Origin: Bigelowiella natans CCMP2755
Lineage: Eukaryota > Protista > Cercozoa
Assembly (NCBI GenBank): GCA_000320545.1
Contig: ADNK01000865.1
Span: 1-50,157, forward strand
Direction of reading: 5' to 3'
Length of the DNA stretch: 50,157 nt
The position numbers and the translations under genes are program-made. The notes under the pieces were generated by a model. That model was given only the letters and a program-made list of their open reading frames with translations, ran no database searches and had not been told where the DNA came from. This document shows positions 12,332 to 25,200 of this stretch, piece after piece (positions within the stretch are counted from its first letter, which is position 1; every line of letters begins with the position of its first letter).

Positions 12332-12724
12332 AATCTTAGTATGCATGGACTAAGAGAAGTTTTGTCATATGCACTGGCGTTGGTTATCATATCTGATCTT
12401 ACCTATCGCATCTTCAAACCGCCCCGGTGCGAGATTTGCGTAACACACGCGAATATAACCTTGTGTGAATGAACATACACTTATACACTGCAACCACTAT
12501 AATCGTGCTTCCTTTTTGTTAATATGACAAAAAGCTTCACATATATAATAATATGTACATAAAATATAAACATTTATTTAATAAAGTGTGCACATTTGAA
12601 TATGTGAGATTTTAAACGGATATGGATACAGCCAATTAAAAAAAAAAGTCCTCATCAGAGTTATTACCCGGAGCCCCACAAGCGGAGCCAGGAATCACAC
12701 ATACCCCGTGCTGGCCTACCAATA

Positions 12725-12756
<32 letters not shown>

Positions 12757-14378
12757 CACACCGAAATGTGTTATTTTCAGCACTCTAGTGAAAGCGAAAA
12801 GATGAGCGGATAAAGTCGAAAGATGTGTGTTGGATGGTGAAGTAGAGAATCAGAGCTGTTACATACAGGCCACTTGTAGTAGTGGCAGTAGTAGTAGTAG
12901 TGGTAGTGGTAGTAGTAGAAGTAGAACGGACCTGCGAGCCAATCAACGACCTCAGCATCCGAATCGCTGTATTTCTCCGGCAACTTCTTCATGTAATAAA
13001 TCGCGCCGCTGCCACCCCACACAGGACCCCATTCCTGATCATTGAATGGAGTGAAATGATGATGTGCTCACACCCTTGTGTGTGGATACCGCTTGGCTTT
13101 CCGTCATGTAAACCACTTACACATTGGGGCTGGGTGCCACTTGTGAGTGTCTAAATGTCAACCATACTCTCCTACCATAAATACTACTACTGCTGCCGCT
13201 GCTACTATTACACTGAGAGGTGAGAGTGCCTGGAGCATAGACTGTTGGTTTGGATGCAAACTTTCAACCTGGATGTAGGAGGGATTCAAATGGACAAAGA
13301 ATTCGAATTTCTCCCCCGCACCCCCCCCCCCCCCCCCTCCTGTCTCTTTCCGCCCCCTCCATGTTGTGTGTGTGTGTGTGTGTGTGCGTGTGTATTTCAT
13401 CTCTTGGAGCTCTGTTGATACACAGGCATCTCTCACCTTTTTCTCCACCCATTCTCGGCCCGCACTGAGTGCACCTAGCGCCACCTATGGGAAAAGAGGA
13501 AGTGTCCTTACTCTTGGGGAGAATGATCGAATGTCACGTCACTGTCCGCTGACGTTGTATGCTTTTGCTGCTTCACTAACATTTCTACTACTACTATCTC
13601 CACGATTGCTAATGCTACTTGTGCTACTGCTACTTACGACTGACCCTCTGGCTAAGCGTATTCGGGCAAATAGGAATCGTATCTTGCACCTTGAACAACG
13701 ACTCACTGATGCAATCTATGCGGGGATAAGTCAAAGAAATTTTTGAATTCAAGGCAAGGAATGGGTACGCAAGCAGCATCAGTAGTATAGGAGATTAGGC
13801 GACAATGAGGAGGCTCCTCGACGACCCATCTAACACCACCTGGGAACGCAATATAGCCAACACGATGCCCCATCATCCCTAATGGTAAGCAATGTCGTCA
13901 TCGTAGTCCGACAATGGTAAACGACAGCAGCAGCACGAATGAAAAAATAAATGTGAGATTCAAAAGGGAGAAGACAAGCGTGCTTTGTATATGGGAACAA
14001 CGACGAAAGAAGGGGGAAATACTACGCAGAATCGGAAATGCTCCGCATGGAAGAAGGTAGCAGAATGGAGAAAGAGAGATATCAAAAGGGGGAGGGAGGG
14101 AGGGAGGGAGGGAGGGAAGGGGGCCTAAATGGATGCTGTTGTTTACCAAAAGCCTTGCTGAAGCTGAAAACTGATAAAGGATAAGGATAGTGATGTTGTT
14201 GATGATGATGACGACGATGATATGTGATGATTAAAAAACAAGAAAGATGAAGCGAAGGAGTAGTAGAAGAAAAATGGAGTAATATAATGAGTAACAAGGT
14301 GTGCATGTAACAACCTCAAGGTCATCGTCGTATTATAAAATTGGTGGCGATGAAAAATAATCATTCCATCGACGCAGA

Positions 14379-14434
<56 letters not shown>

Positions 14435-16954
14435 CCTCTCTCTTCTCATAGATTTCAACATCAAACCCACCCACTTACCGTTGACAATATGATCATCCTC
14501 TAGACAAGTATGTACCGCATCAGGAACCCCTTCCTCCTCCCCGCTGAGGTACGTAGGTAGTATTAATCAAACTCTCAGTGTCCTCCTTCCTACCACACAT
14601 CTGGATTGCAACTGAACCCAACAGTAAGAGGCTACATCGCAAGGAAAAAGTATTATCTGATGGCTTGTTTCGATCGGCCACACCTTGGGTACACGAAGTG
14701 CTCGTACGTGTTGTCGCAGATTAGCCAGGCCTCATACCGTTTGCAGATATCAGCGATTCTCTGGAGTTTCTCGGGGGGGGTCACAACACCTAAAAGGTAG
14801 AGAGGAGGATGAGAATATTTTCAGTGATGGTGAAGTTAGATTAGACGGACATACAGCGGAGCAGCCAAATGAACATTTTTACCAGCGGTTTTAACATTGT
14901 CGTTGTATAGACTCTCTTAAAGAATTGCCCACATTAACATCATCATCATCATCATCATCATACAGCAGCAGCAGCATCAGCAGCATCATATTATTTATCA
15001 TTCAGCTAGAGCAGAACCTGTTGGGTTGCACGGGTTGCAAACAGTAACCATCTTAACAGGTCTCTCAGAGTCCTTATGCTCCTCTAAAGTCCTTTCCAAC
15101 CTTCACGTGATAACGTTGATTATTGATGGTGATAACGCACTATAAAGAGGGAAAAATAAAAGGCACCAATCTGCGTCAGGTGTCAGCTCCCGTTCGCATA
15201 TCTTTGGTTGAAGTTTTCATCACGATCCAAGAAGGAATGGTGGAGGGGAAGAAGGGGGACTATGAGATCGGTTTAGTAGTGAGAGCGACTAGAACCACGA
15301 AACTCACAACATGCATTTAATTAAACTGGTCATGTTGGTGCTAGATTACTATATTAGTGGCGGCAACTATAGATTTTAAATGGCAATCCATAGCTGCCAG
15401 ATCATACGAATTAGTCTCTTCTTAGTTTCGGATATTCATGTTCATCTATTGTCAATATCGTACGTCTCCAAAGAGCACGCCGTCGGCCCCACCAGTCATT
15501 TGTAGGCACATATAATGGCTATGAAACCAACACAAATACACATCATCCTTTCATCAACCTGCTTTTTCACTATATTTTCTTCTAATGAAGAGTGACGGCT
15601 TATGATTGTCATGTTATGCAAGCTCATGAGTTGTTATCGTCATTCGCTATCTGTGTTGATAGGTAGTTGTCTCTTAACTGACTTGAAATAGTAGGGTTTG
15701 AATAGCACACTTTTGTGAGGGCCATCTAGCAAACTTATCACTAGATTTGTATACGCCTACATTGTACGACGATGCGAACAACATCACTGATAAGATTTGA
15801 CCCAATACATCCACCGCTCTACATCGATGATGGACTTTAATCGAACAGGCTATGAAAATGACAATTCTCATAAAAACATATGGCTCGGTAGAAGCATAAC
15901 TATTCGAGAGTGAGAACAACGACAACGACAGCATAAAATATAATTTTGTATAGGAAATCCGATGCTTTAAGAGCTACCCACCACTACTTATCTCCACTTT
16001 TACCTGATTTGCCCCCGCTGTCACCATAATGCGGCTGTTCTTCAATCTGAAAATGCAAAGTCATAATGAAGAGCAATGGCAAAGTTGATTTGTTCATCTG
16101 TAATCAATATATACACCCCTCCCCCTGCTTTGTTTCTGTCTCTATTTCCTTCACGCTGGTACCCATTCTCCATTTCGATCTTCTCCGTAAGTGCCTAGTC
16201 GAGAGAAGATCCAACAAGAAATTACACCCGGAAAGATAATCAAAATCATTCGTATGTACAAAACAGACATGACGATGATGTTTTTATGACAGCTGTTGAG
16301 TTGTTTGAACCTCTTTGAGCTCTACGATTCCGTCCGCGGGCCTTGCAGACGAATTAAAAGCATCCAAAGCATTACAGAGCGTGTTTTAAAAAAATCGATC
16401 AAAGTCACACTCTTAATTGGATATGCAATTTCGGAACAATTTACAAAGCAACTTTCAACCCATAGAGGTGTATTGCGTCGTCTGCCAGGGCCTTACGTAT
16501 CTCCTCAACCGCCTGTTAAATCAAATGGAATAAATTCTATCTGATTCGGAATCTTATGGCAACAATGATACCTGTTGGGGAGGGTTCCAATGGACAATTC
16601 CCTGAGCCAATGATAACACGCCTCCCTTTCTTTCTTTGTACTTGCCCAGCTAACAAGATAGGACATCATTCTGAACATTACTACTTCTGTTTGAACAAAA
16701 TATTAAGTAGTATGCAGAATCTTAACCATTCGTTGCATCTGGACCACGCAAGGAACGTCTACGTATTGAGTACAACCAGATCATTTTCACAAAAGCTATT
16801 CGCCGCAGTGGAACAAATTAATGGTTCAACCTGTGGCCTGGATGCGTTCGCTCGGGGCCGGATGAAATGGCTGCTGGGATGTAGCGAAGCTCCTCGATCT
16901 CTGCATCCCCCGCGCCATGCATATTCCAATCCTCATTGACGATCGATTCATCAT
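12193..16954 (-). CDS. PLP-dependent class I/II aminotransferase, ISS1/VAS1-like (aromatic/Met aminotransferase)
   Basis: About 18 short exons: VLSLAQGIVHWNPPQQ | YGPADGIVELKE | IMVTAGANQ|AYTNLVISLLDG...FKPYYFN|HYMCLQMTG | MVTVCNPCNPTG | WLICDNTYEHF | HTCLEDDHIVN|VFSFSKAFG|MMGHRVGYIAFP (PLP lysine) | KVQDTIPICP | GVCVIPGSACGAPG|YIRVCYANL | RLETGLKELVAKA*. N-terminus MMNRSSMRIGICMARGMQRSRSFATS resembles a mitochondrial presequence. Confidence 0.9.
12288..12328. repeat. (TA)n microsatellite, intronic
   Basis: Perfect TA run in the last intron of the aminotransferase gene. Confidence 0.95.
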
Positions 16955-17915
16955 ACTCAGAAAATTTGTCCTAAGTGGTCGTTCTGGTCGACGGAAGGAG
17001 GGAGGGGAGAGGGCCTGATGTGTCGCCGTCGGTCCACGTGCCCTGAGAGTGGAATGTGAGCAGCTATCGGCAGCGAGCAGCTTTCACGTTTCAGGATGAA
17101 ATCCAATGGAAATAACCCTAAAAACATCGTAGACTCCTTGTCGTCTTATTGTTTTCGATTCTCAAAGGGCTTTTTCTTCATGCGGCATGTAAATTTCGCT
17201 GTTCCACGACCAAAATTATCTGGGTTTTACGGTCTCTTGCGGTTTTATATTTGCTTCCGTGTCGCAGCTCGACGTTGTCATGCGTTTACCTGCTCGTCCA
17301 AGCACGCTAGGCCAGCAGCATGATCCAGGAGAGCAACTCACTTTTTTTGGTATTTCTCGATCGTTTTTTTTTCCTCATGAAAAACAAGCAGAAACCTGAT
17401 GATTTTGGTCCTACGACTTAATAAATGGGATAATTTAAGGACAAAAGTAGGCGCTTTCGTGGCTGGCTGTCTGGGATCGGTTGTGATTTGTGCTTCACGT
17501 TCTCAGTAGATAGTGTAAGTAGCACGTTGCTCTTTTTTTCTCAGTGTCCAATACAAATCCCCAAACCTTTTCGCCAGGCGGGAGTCGCTGCTAAATGACT
17601 CTATTTCTGTGATCGCAGCTTATGTAGCGCGTGTATCTCGTTCATTACGGAAACTTGATCCGCTGGCGCAAAAAGGAACTTTGTTCCGCAGGGCTACCGC
17701 TCGCACTTTGAAACATTCCCGAAATAGCCAACTCATAGGGGGTGCTCCAGGCATACTTTATTTGGAATGACCTATAGTTTCAGTATGGAATAGCTTCGGC
17801 AACCCAGAATTGTTGTAAAATCATCGGTGTTCTTGTATGCAGCGCAAACCTTGGACAGAGTTTGCGTGAATCCACACCCAGTCTAGCCTCCTCGAGCCAG
17901 AACTCATACTGCATC

Positions 17916-19628
17916 ATGACCTCTGCCTGTGTCCTCCTTCTTGTATTTGCCTCCTTCTTTGCCTGCGGAAACTGGCAGCACCATCGGAGCGAGACCCACC
18001 ATCATCATAATCATCATCATCATCATCATCATCACAAACATCACAAAAAGCACCAGCTCATAGTCGATAAGGAACCTGTTGCCAACAACAGTTCCATGCT
18101 ACGCACACAAGGATATCACATTGAGTCCAAGCCTAAATCACACAAATTTCCAAAGTTTAAATGCGTGCCATGGTCTAAGCTGAAGAACAAATACAAGAAA
18201 CTAAAATCAAAGGCCCCACGGAAACGCGGCAGGCGCCGCCCAAAACGTGTGTTACCAACGTGCGTTCCCGGGTGTGCTCTGGATGAGGATTTCACTGTAG
18301 ATTTTGCAATGTTCGACCATGGCGACAGGATCACGACAGATATTGAGGGCATCTCCGTGAACGTTATCAGCGGCCGAACCAATATGGAAGGAGAAGCCGT
18401 TGTCTTCGACAGCAGCAATTCTGACGCCAACGAGACGGATGACGATTTAGTCGCTGCTATTCAGGCCTCTATCACCGCCGGACAGACCACCAATACAAGG
18501 GTACTCATCATTCAGGAGATTGGCGCGACTCTCCCAGGTGAGAGCAAAACATATCTCTATCTTTCATTTCCTTTCTTGGAGATTAATAAAACATCTTTAC
18601 ATATACGACAGATGATGAAGGTGAGGGAGGAATCTTCACGTTCGTCTTCGCCTGCCCCGTTGTGCTCACGGACATTGCTGTCTATGGTATAGGCGAGGGT
18701 GACGACTCCGGAACGGTAAATTGTGTATACATTTAACTGTTTCTTGTGATGACTGAAATACCCACGACTACGATTGTCAGATTGTGGTCACGACTGCCGC
18801 TGGAGAGATGTCGACATTCAGTGTACCAGATGACAGAGAATTCCAAGTCATCGACATAGGCGTGTCCCAGGCTGTGAAGATGGATGTGAACTTCGTTGGA
18901 TTTTCGGGTGCCATCAGCGATATTAACCTTGACGGTACTTGCAAGTCCGGGCCCACATGCCGCGCCTCTTGCGACGTTCCTGCGGCCCTCACTATGGATT
19001 TCTCGCAATTCTTCCATGGAGATCGAAACCCAGCGTACCCGGGAGTGACAATTTTCGGGGATGTCGATGGAGTTGTACGAGACGTCGTCGTCTTTGATAC
19101 AACGCAGGAAGGCACAGATGATCGCGATCTGGAAGTTGACATGGGGAACACACTCATTCTTCAGGAGGAACCTAGTCCTTCCGAAAGCGATCCGGATGAT
19201 ACAGATCCAGGTAGTTTCACAGCTACATCTATGCTTTATGCTCATAGTAAATGACATACTTTCTTGTTCCATAGATGACGAAGGAGAAGGTGGCTCAATC
19301 ATTTTTATATTTGAGTGCGAGATCCAGATAATTTCTGTTACTGTCGTAGACACCGAGGATGGAGGAGAGGTGTAATTGATTGCTTTCACATACTTCGGCC
19401 TACTTGACAATTGACAATGGTATATTCTCTTCGCAGATCCTGCTATTTGATGATTTTGGAAGAAAAATAACCAAAGTCTACATCCCGCAAGTGGAGGACG
19501 GTGAGGGTGAGATAGTTGAGGTTCAGATTGAGGGAGTTGCAAAGATGGTAGTTTACCTGGAAGGCGCTGGCGCAATAGCTAACATTGAGACGGAATGTAA
19601 GGATTGTCCAACGAAAAAAATGAGTTAG
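17916..19628 (+). CDS. Secreted protein: signal peptide, His-rich and polybasic pro-region, two tandem acidic beta-rich domains
   Basis: Exons 17916-18537, 18612-18715, 18781-19210, 19275-19369, 19437-19628. Signal peptide MTSACVLLLVFASFFACG. Both repeats share DF..F.HGDR...VVFD...TDD.DL....LI(I/L)QE...PDDEGEGG.(F/I).F.F.C...GAI..I. Confidence 0.8.
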
Positions 19629-20118
19629 TGAATCAACCTACACGCATGTAGCATACGTACAGTTGTGGTCAATTTTGTAATAGTAAATACTAGATATATT
19701 TGGCTTTTAGTTTTAGAACTGGTGGCGCACATTGTCTGCGCAAAAGAAGGTGCACTCTAAGCTTCATCTTGGACGGACGTGCATTTTCCGAAATTCCCAA
19801 ACATGTTAGGCTCCGCATATTAAGCGAATCCACACCACAAATCGCCGCGCATTGATGCGGATGCTCAATTTGAATAACGCATCCATATTGGATAATGCAA
19901 TCCAAGCGTGCAGAATGACATTGCTATAGTCCAAATAACACACGCAGGCTTGCGACAAAAGCGTAACCAGATAACTGCTTGCACTGCAAATCTCCATACA
20001 CTTTTTCATATGTAAACCAGCGTACTTACACATGCGCTTCTAAATTTTCGCATTGTTCAGCATTTCTACATAGCTATATAAATGACGAAGACTTCTAATG
20101 TAATAAATGAGAAAAATA

Positions 20119-20397
20119 TTAATTCTCGAGTAATTTAAAGCCTAGCTCATCCAGATTTTCTCCAGGAAATAGTTGTGCTAAGCCGCGATCTTGCATAGCT
20201 TTCAAAACCGCATGAAGCATCTCTGGCTCCATGCCCTGAAATTCTGTCGAACAATCAATGTAGCATACTTCCTTACATTGCTTCCATGTATCATGCTTGA
20301 AATCAAAATTAAAGTGAAGATACTGAGCAAAGAATGGAGGTTCAGAATGGCAAATCTTTCGCTATTTGTTCCCTCAAGGCATAATTGGAAGCTCTGT

Positions 20398-20442
<45 letters not shown>

Positions 20443-20715
20443 ACACACGCACTCAAGCACGGCTCTAAAGGGGCGAAATGAAATGCTTGTTGGTGTGGCT
20501 CGATGTGAGTGCGTTTTGATTTTTTGTCTTCTCCTGACGTGAAGAAAGGCGGGAAGTCATAAAACTTTGGGAACGCAAACTTCTTCTTCTTCTTCCCATC
20601 TGCACGCAATATCAAGCACCAGAGCAAGCACACACACACGCACACACACGCACACACACCACTAATGAGAAGAGAATACATCTTTGCTACATTGCTGACA
20701 ACCATCTTCGCCCAT
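20119..20715 (-). pseudogene. VPS25: VPS25 (ESCRT-II subunit) with central exons absent: truncated copy or assembly collapse
   Basis: N-terminus MGED|DGKKKKKFAFPKFYDFPPFFT (20715-20703, 20599-20539) carries the diagnostic FPPFFT motif. C-terminal exon EFQGMEPEMLHAVLKAMQDRGLAQLFPGENLDELGFKLLEN* lies at 20243-20119. The ~295 nt between them contain no VPS25-like exon that I could find. Confidence 0.7.
20400..20450. repeat. Compound (CT)n(CA)n microsatellite inside VPS25
   Basis: A TC run followed by CA repeats, lying in the interval where the VPS25 exons are missing. Confidence 0.95.
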
Positions 20716-21253
20716 CGAATCTCCTTTTTGGGATGCCAGAACTCCCTGTTGTTCCGCTTTTCAGATGTTAGCAGGCAAAATCATTGTCGTATCATATAAA
20801 AAGCACCCTTTCAGACATATCTTCCAGGTTGTCATTCTGGTACACTTGCATCGGGAGAACATCTTGCAGTGTCTAGTCTTCCAGCAATTTTGCGTTCCGT
20901 AGCTAAATTAGTCTCCGTCTTCTCCAAACGAACACCAATTTGCACAATTCCGGCTAAAAACGGCACATACCTATATTTTTTGCATGCGTCACATCATTTT
21001 CCTTGTCGCACAAGGAAAAAGGAGGGGAATGTTTGTACATTTCCTGCTTGGCTGTCAAATCTTTTCCCCTCTCAGGCGCTCTATACGTTTGTACACAGCA
21101 AATCGGCTGCTTCCGAGTTTGACAGGGGGTCAATGTGCCCCTTTGTGTGGAATTCGCGATTCTTGTAACTGAGCTCTGTTTTAACTAAACCGTTGAGGCT
21201 GCCTCTCCTCCTCCGAAGCCCCTCGTTTCGAGGCAAAACTTGCTGAAGTCCCA

Positions 21254-22491
21254 ATGGGGAATCAGTTAAAAAAACTCCCCGGAAAAGTCTCCTCCTTATG
21301 TTTTTATGCTGACTGCTGTATGTGCCAAAGCGATCTAACAGGTAGGTTCCATCGATAATTGAAGATAAACAGACGTAAAAACTTACTGGTGGTGGTGAAT
21401 GATAATCAGAGGTCAGCAAAGTCAGAGATTACCTTTACCTTGGCTCCTGTCGCTCGGCTGCCAACTTTCCTCACTTGGAGGTAGTAGCAGCACTAATTTT
21501 GTTAAAACCGGCGCTCCAATATACTTGGTTATCTCATCGCAATCTTGATGTTCTTAAACCTGCGCAGGAGGAGGGTATAACCCATATTTTGAACACCGCC
21601 CACGGGATGCTAGACAGGGTACAAATTGTCACTAAAATATTAATGATGATGTACATAAATAATAACAGCTTGTTTGTGGCATGTCCTATTGTAGCAGTGA
21701 CACTTTATTCTTGCTGTACAGTATGCTCGAAACTGGGAGCTCAACCCTGCGAAATTTGATTATCTGCTAATTGACCTAGTGGACAAATCCTCTCAGGTAG
21801 AGCACCGTTCCATCACCACCTTCCTCCCTGCTTTTGTATCACTTAATCTCAAGCACTTTGCTTTTTAAAATCCTACTCATCCCTGTCAGTCAATCTCGGA
21901 ATGGTTCGAGCCGTCATACAATTGGATTGAAAAAGCTCTCAGCGAGTCCAAGGTTGGTCGTGGTGCCTCCTCAACAATTATGTTATTCAGACATTATTTT
22001 TATATGTTTGTGTTCTCAGTGATGTGCGGTGATTTCCTTAAACAGTTTTTTTTTTTTTTTTAATGCGTAAATCATTCAGCCTGAACGACCAACGAAGATC
22101 CTGGTACATTGTGTCCAGGGAAAATCGAGGTGTATATGAGACGTATTATCATCAAATGGCATGTATGGAGCGAAAGCATCGATTCGATTCATCACGTTGC
22201 CCTCCCCCCCCCACCCCCATCTTAGGTCTGTCACGATTGCAATAGCGTATATGATGCGAAAAGAAGGGATTTCGGTGGAGGAAGCTTTAAATCAGGTAGT
22301 CTTGATGAATCTCTTTTAGATCATCCATTGTCTGCTTGATTGTCTATTTATACCTTGCTCAACCTGCTACTGCTGCCACTGCTGCTGCTATGATTAAAAA
22401 AAGATCCGGGACATTCGTGATGTGGTTCATACTCCCAACAAAGGATTTATGAAGCAGGTGTTTTGGAACATGATGAGGGTCTACTCGAATC

Positions 22492-22524
<33 letters not shown>

Positions 22525-22770
22525 AATGACGATGACGAGGAGGAGGGTTATCTGTTCGGCTTGTGTGTGCCTGACGTTACTGCCGTATACTCTTCTTTTT
22601 GCCACTGTTATTTATGCGTACTCTGCTACCATTTGCTAATACTACTACTACTACTACGACTCCTACTACTACTACGACTAATAGCTATATCAGTTCGAAA
22701 AAGAATTAGGAATTGGCGGCGCAAAAAAGGATAATAATAGGCCAGATGTGTACCGTAAACACACAATAGG
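21254..22770 (+). CDS. Atypical dual-specificity protein phosphatase (DUSP15/19/22-like), N-myristoylation motif; true 3' end uncertain
   Basis: MGNQLKKLPGKVSSLCFYADCCMCQSDLT|EVSKVRDYLYLGSCRSAANFPHLE|EEGITHILNTAHG...|...IDLVDKSSQ|SISEWFEPSYNWIEKAL|...KILVHCVQGKSR|SVTIAIAYMM...|...PNKGFMKQ|LYQFEKEL. The HCxxGxxRS catalytic loop is intact. Confidence 0.9.
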
Positions 22771-23086
22771 TGCTGCTGCTGTTACTTCGGAGATCATCAC
22801 TTCCCACCGCAATTCGTTCTCCCTCCCTTTCTCTTCCCTCATCTTCTTTCAATTTGAAGGAGAGTTGCAACCTGCGCTGCTGTGTCCATCATGTTTCTTC
22901 TGATTTTTCTTTCCCTTGTCGTCGTCCTACTTTGTGTTGTTCTTCAATTGCTCACCGACCATCATCATCGTTGACCAGATAATACGAAGATGTCGATGGA
23001 AACGGTAGTTGTAATGATAACAACAAGTGTGTGCTGCTGAATGAACATCATCATTCACCCATTATGTGCGAGCGCGCGCGCGCGCC

Positions 23087-23126
<40 letters not shown>

Positions 23127-23279
23127 CATAAAGCCTGTGACTGCGATTATTGAGATATGGGTGTCCTTTTCATCGAATAAAAACAAGAAGAATGTTTGTT
23201 TGATGTATTATTGTTTTTTATTTAGATGGAGTTAAAAGGGTTAATATCGAAGCGCTCTTCATTAGGGGGGGGGGGGTAC

Positions 23280-23743
23280 AATTTACATACACGCAGCATG
23301 ATTTTGCACCACGATTCTCTCATTCTCCGAGAAACTCACACTTCATCCACGACAACGCTACAAGGAGTAAATGAATGATGGACATCAACAAATCACAACT
23401 AAATATATGAAGATAATTGGCGCTCCACTGTGCGAATAAGAACAGTAGCGCTGATTGATTGATCTCTTTCTTCTTGTTATGAACATCAGCATTATCTCAA
23501 CCACAAGCCTAGATTCTCAGACACAGCCGTACGTGCTATTACTTACTACTAACGCACACAACAGCATCAGCACCACTTGCAGAATACACATTATGAATTA
23601 TCTGCAGCAACGAAGTAACTCGTCTACTCGTGCCATTTATGCTATTATTGATAACACAGTCGAACACCGCCCAATCTAGAGCAGAAGTACGGTGCAAGCA
23701 GCGATAACAACAGTGATACGGATAGCGGTATGCACAGACATGT

Positions 23744-23787
<44 letters not shown>

Positions 23788-25200
23788 GTGTATGCGCGTG
23801 TATTTTTGATTTTAATTCGTGGGAGGATTACTCCTCATTTGGGCTGCTGTACTGTACCTAGCAGGATAAGATCATTCTCTCTCTAGTGCTTACGTTCGTA
23901 TGAAATGATTCACCCCTACTACTCTCAGCGACGATCCAGCAGCAACCTTCATCATCATCAAGAGGAGGAGGAGGAGGAGGCACCACCTCTCAGCAAAAAG
24001 GTACTCTCTATCTATTCATCCATTCAGTCCATCCATGCACGCCTGATTTGCGGCGACGACGAGGCTGTACATGACTCATTGCCACCATAACCTCCTCCTT
24101 TTGCTACAATGCTCCTGCTTTCGTCATCTACACCACCGTCGCCACCATACTTTGTCTCCTCATGTTCCATTCTCCCATTCCTCCTCCTCCTCCTCCTCCT
24201 CCTCCTCCTCCTCCCCCTCCTCGGCATCAAAAGATGTGAAATCATCAGGCCAAAGGCGTAATCTAAAGCTCCGCATTGGAAAGCAGCAGCAACACCGATG
24301 TAGTGATAATTCCAGTGGGCTAAGCAGTCCAAATCTACGTGAAGTAGGAGGTGGCAGAGGTACCTCTAGAGGAGATTCACGGTAATGATAATGATAACGA
24401 TAATAATAATGTGATGGTGATAACAATTATGTTGTGTGGAATTGAATATTCGTTCAACCCTGTCGATATGTATTTTAAAATGATGCATTACTAATTAAGA
24501 ATGCGTGCGCGCGCACACACACAACACACATACACCGCAATTCTTCGTACAGAATATGTAATGAATATATGTGTTGTGTACTACAATACTTCAACTACCA
24601 AAAACGAAGGTTATCGCTGGGGGGAGTCGTATCACCAACGCATTTTGCTGAGCAGGTGGTGTTTGAAGAAGAAGAAGAGGAAGAAGAAGAAGGCAGCAAT
24701 TACGATTCACCACACATCCAACAAGCTCTTGAAACCGATTATATCGATAAAGAGCATTGATTGTTATTGCTATCATTATCATCATCATCATCATCATCGT
24801 CGTCGTCGTTTGGATGAAAAAATGATGGACGTTATCACCCTAGCGTGATGTGCCCTGTCTAAGTATTTCTCTTCTTCGTGATAAAATCTCTTGTGCATTC
24901 ATACACGATTTTGTTTCTTATTTTTCCTGTTCTGTTTCCTCCTCATTCTCATCCTTGTCTCTCTCCCTCTTTTCCTTGCTTCAGGGAGTGATTCCTGAGA
25001 GTCCACAGGAGACTGAATTATCTCCTCAGCACATGCAGCAGGTGTGTGTGCTTGGGGGGGTGGAAGGAGGGGAGGTGGCGATGTTAGTGGTGTATATCAA
25101 CTAATACTGGGGTATGTTTTTATACAACGGCACTAGGGTGAAGGCAGGAACTCCAGGGAAAATGATAAACTAAAAAGAGAAGGCATTGCGGTAGTCTGAA
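23280..25200 (+). other. Probable further low-complexity plus-strand exons (DUSP C-terminal tail or a separate unknown gene)
   Basis: Several AG...GT-bounded open segments with Ser/Glu/Gln-rich translations, e.g. GVIPESPQETELSPQHMQQ at ~24985-25041 and VVFEEEEEEEEEGSNYDSPHIQQ at ~24655-24725. No family recognised, and frames could not be linked confidently. Confidence 0.3.

Noticed and set aside
18733-19575. 280-aa minus-strand ORF
   Set aside because: Antisense to the well-supported spliced tandem-domain gene, with no motif of its own.
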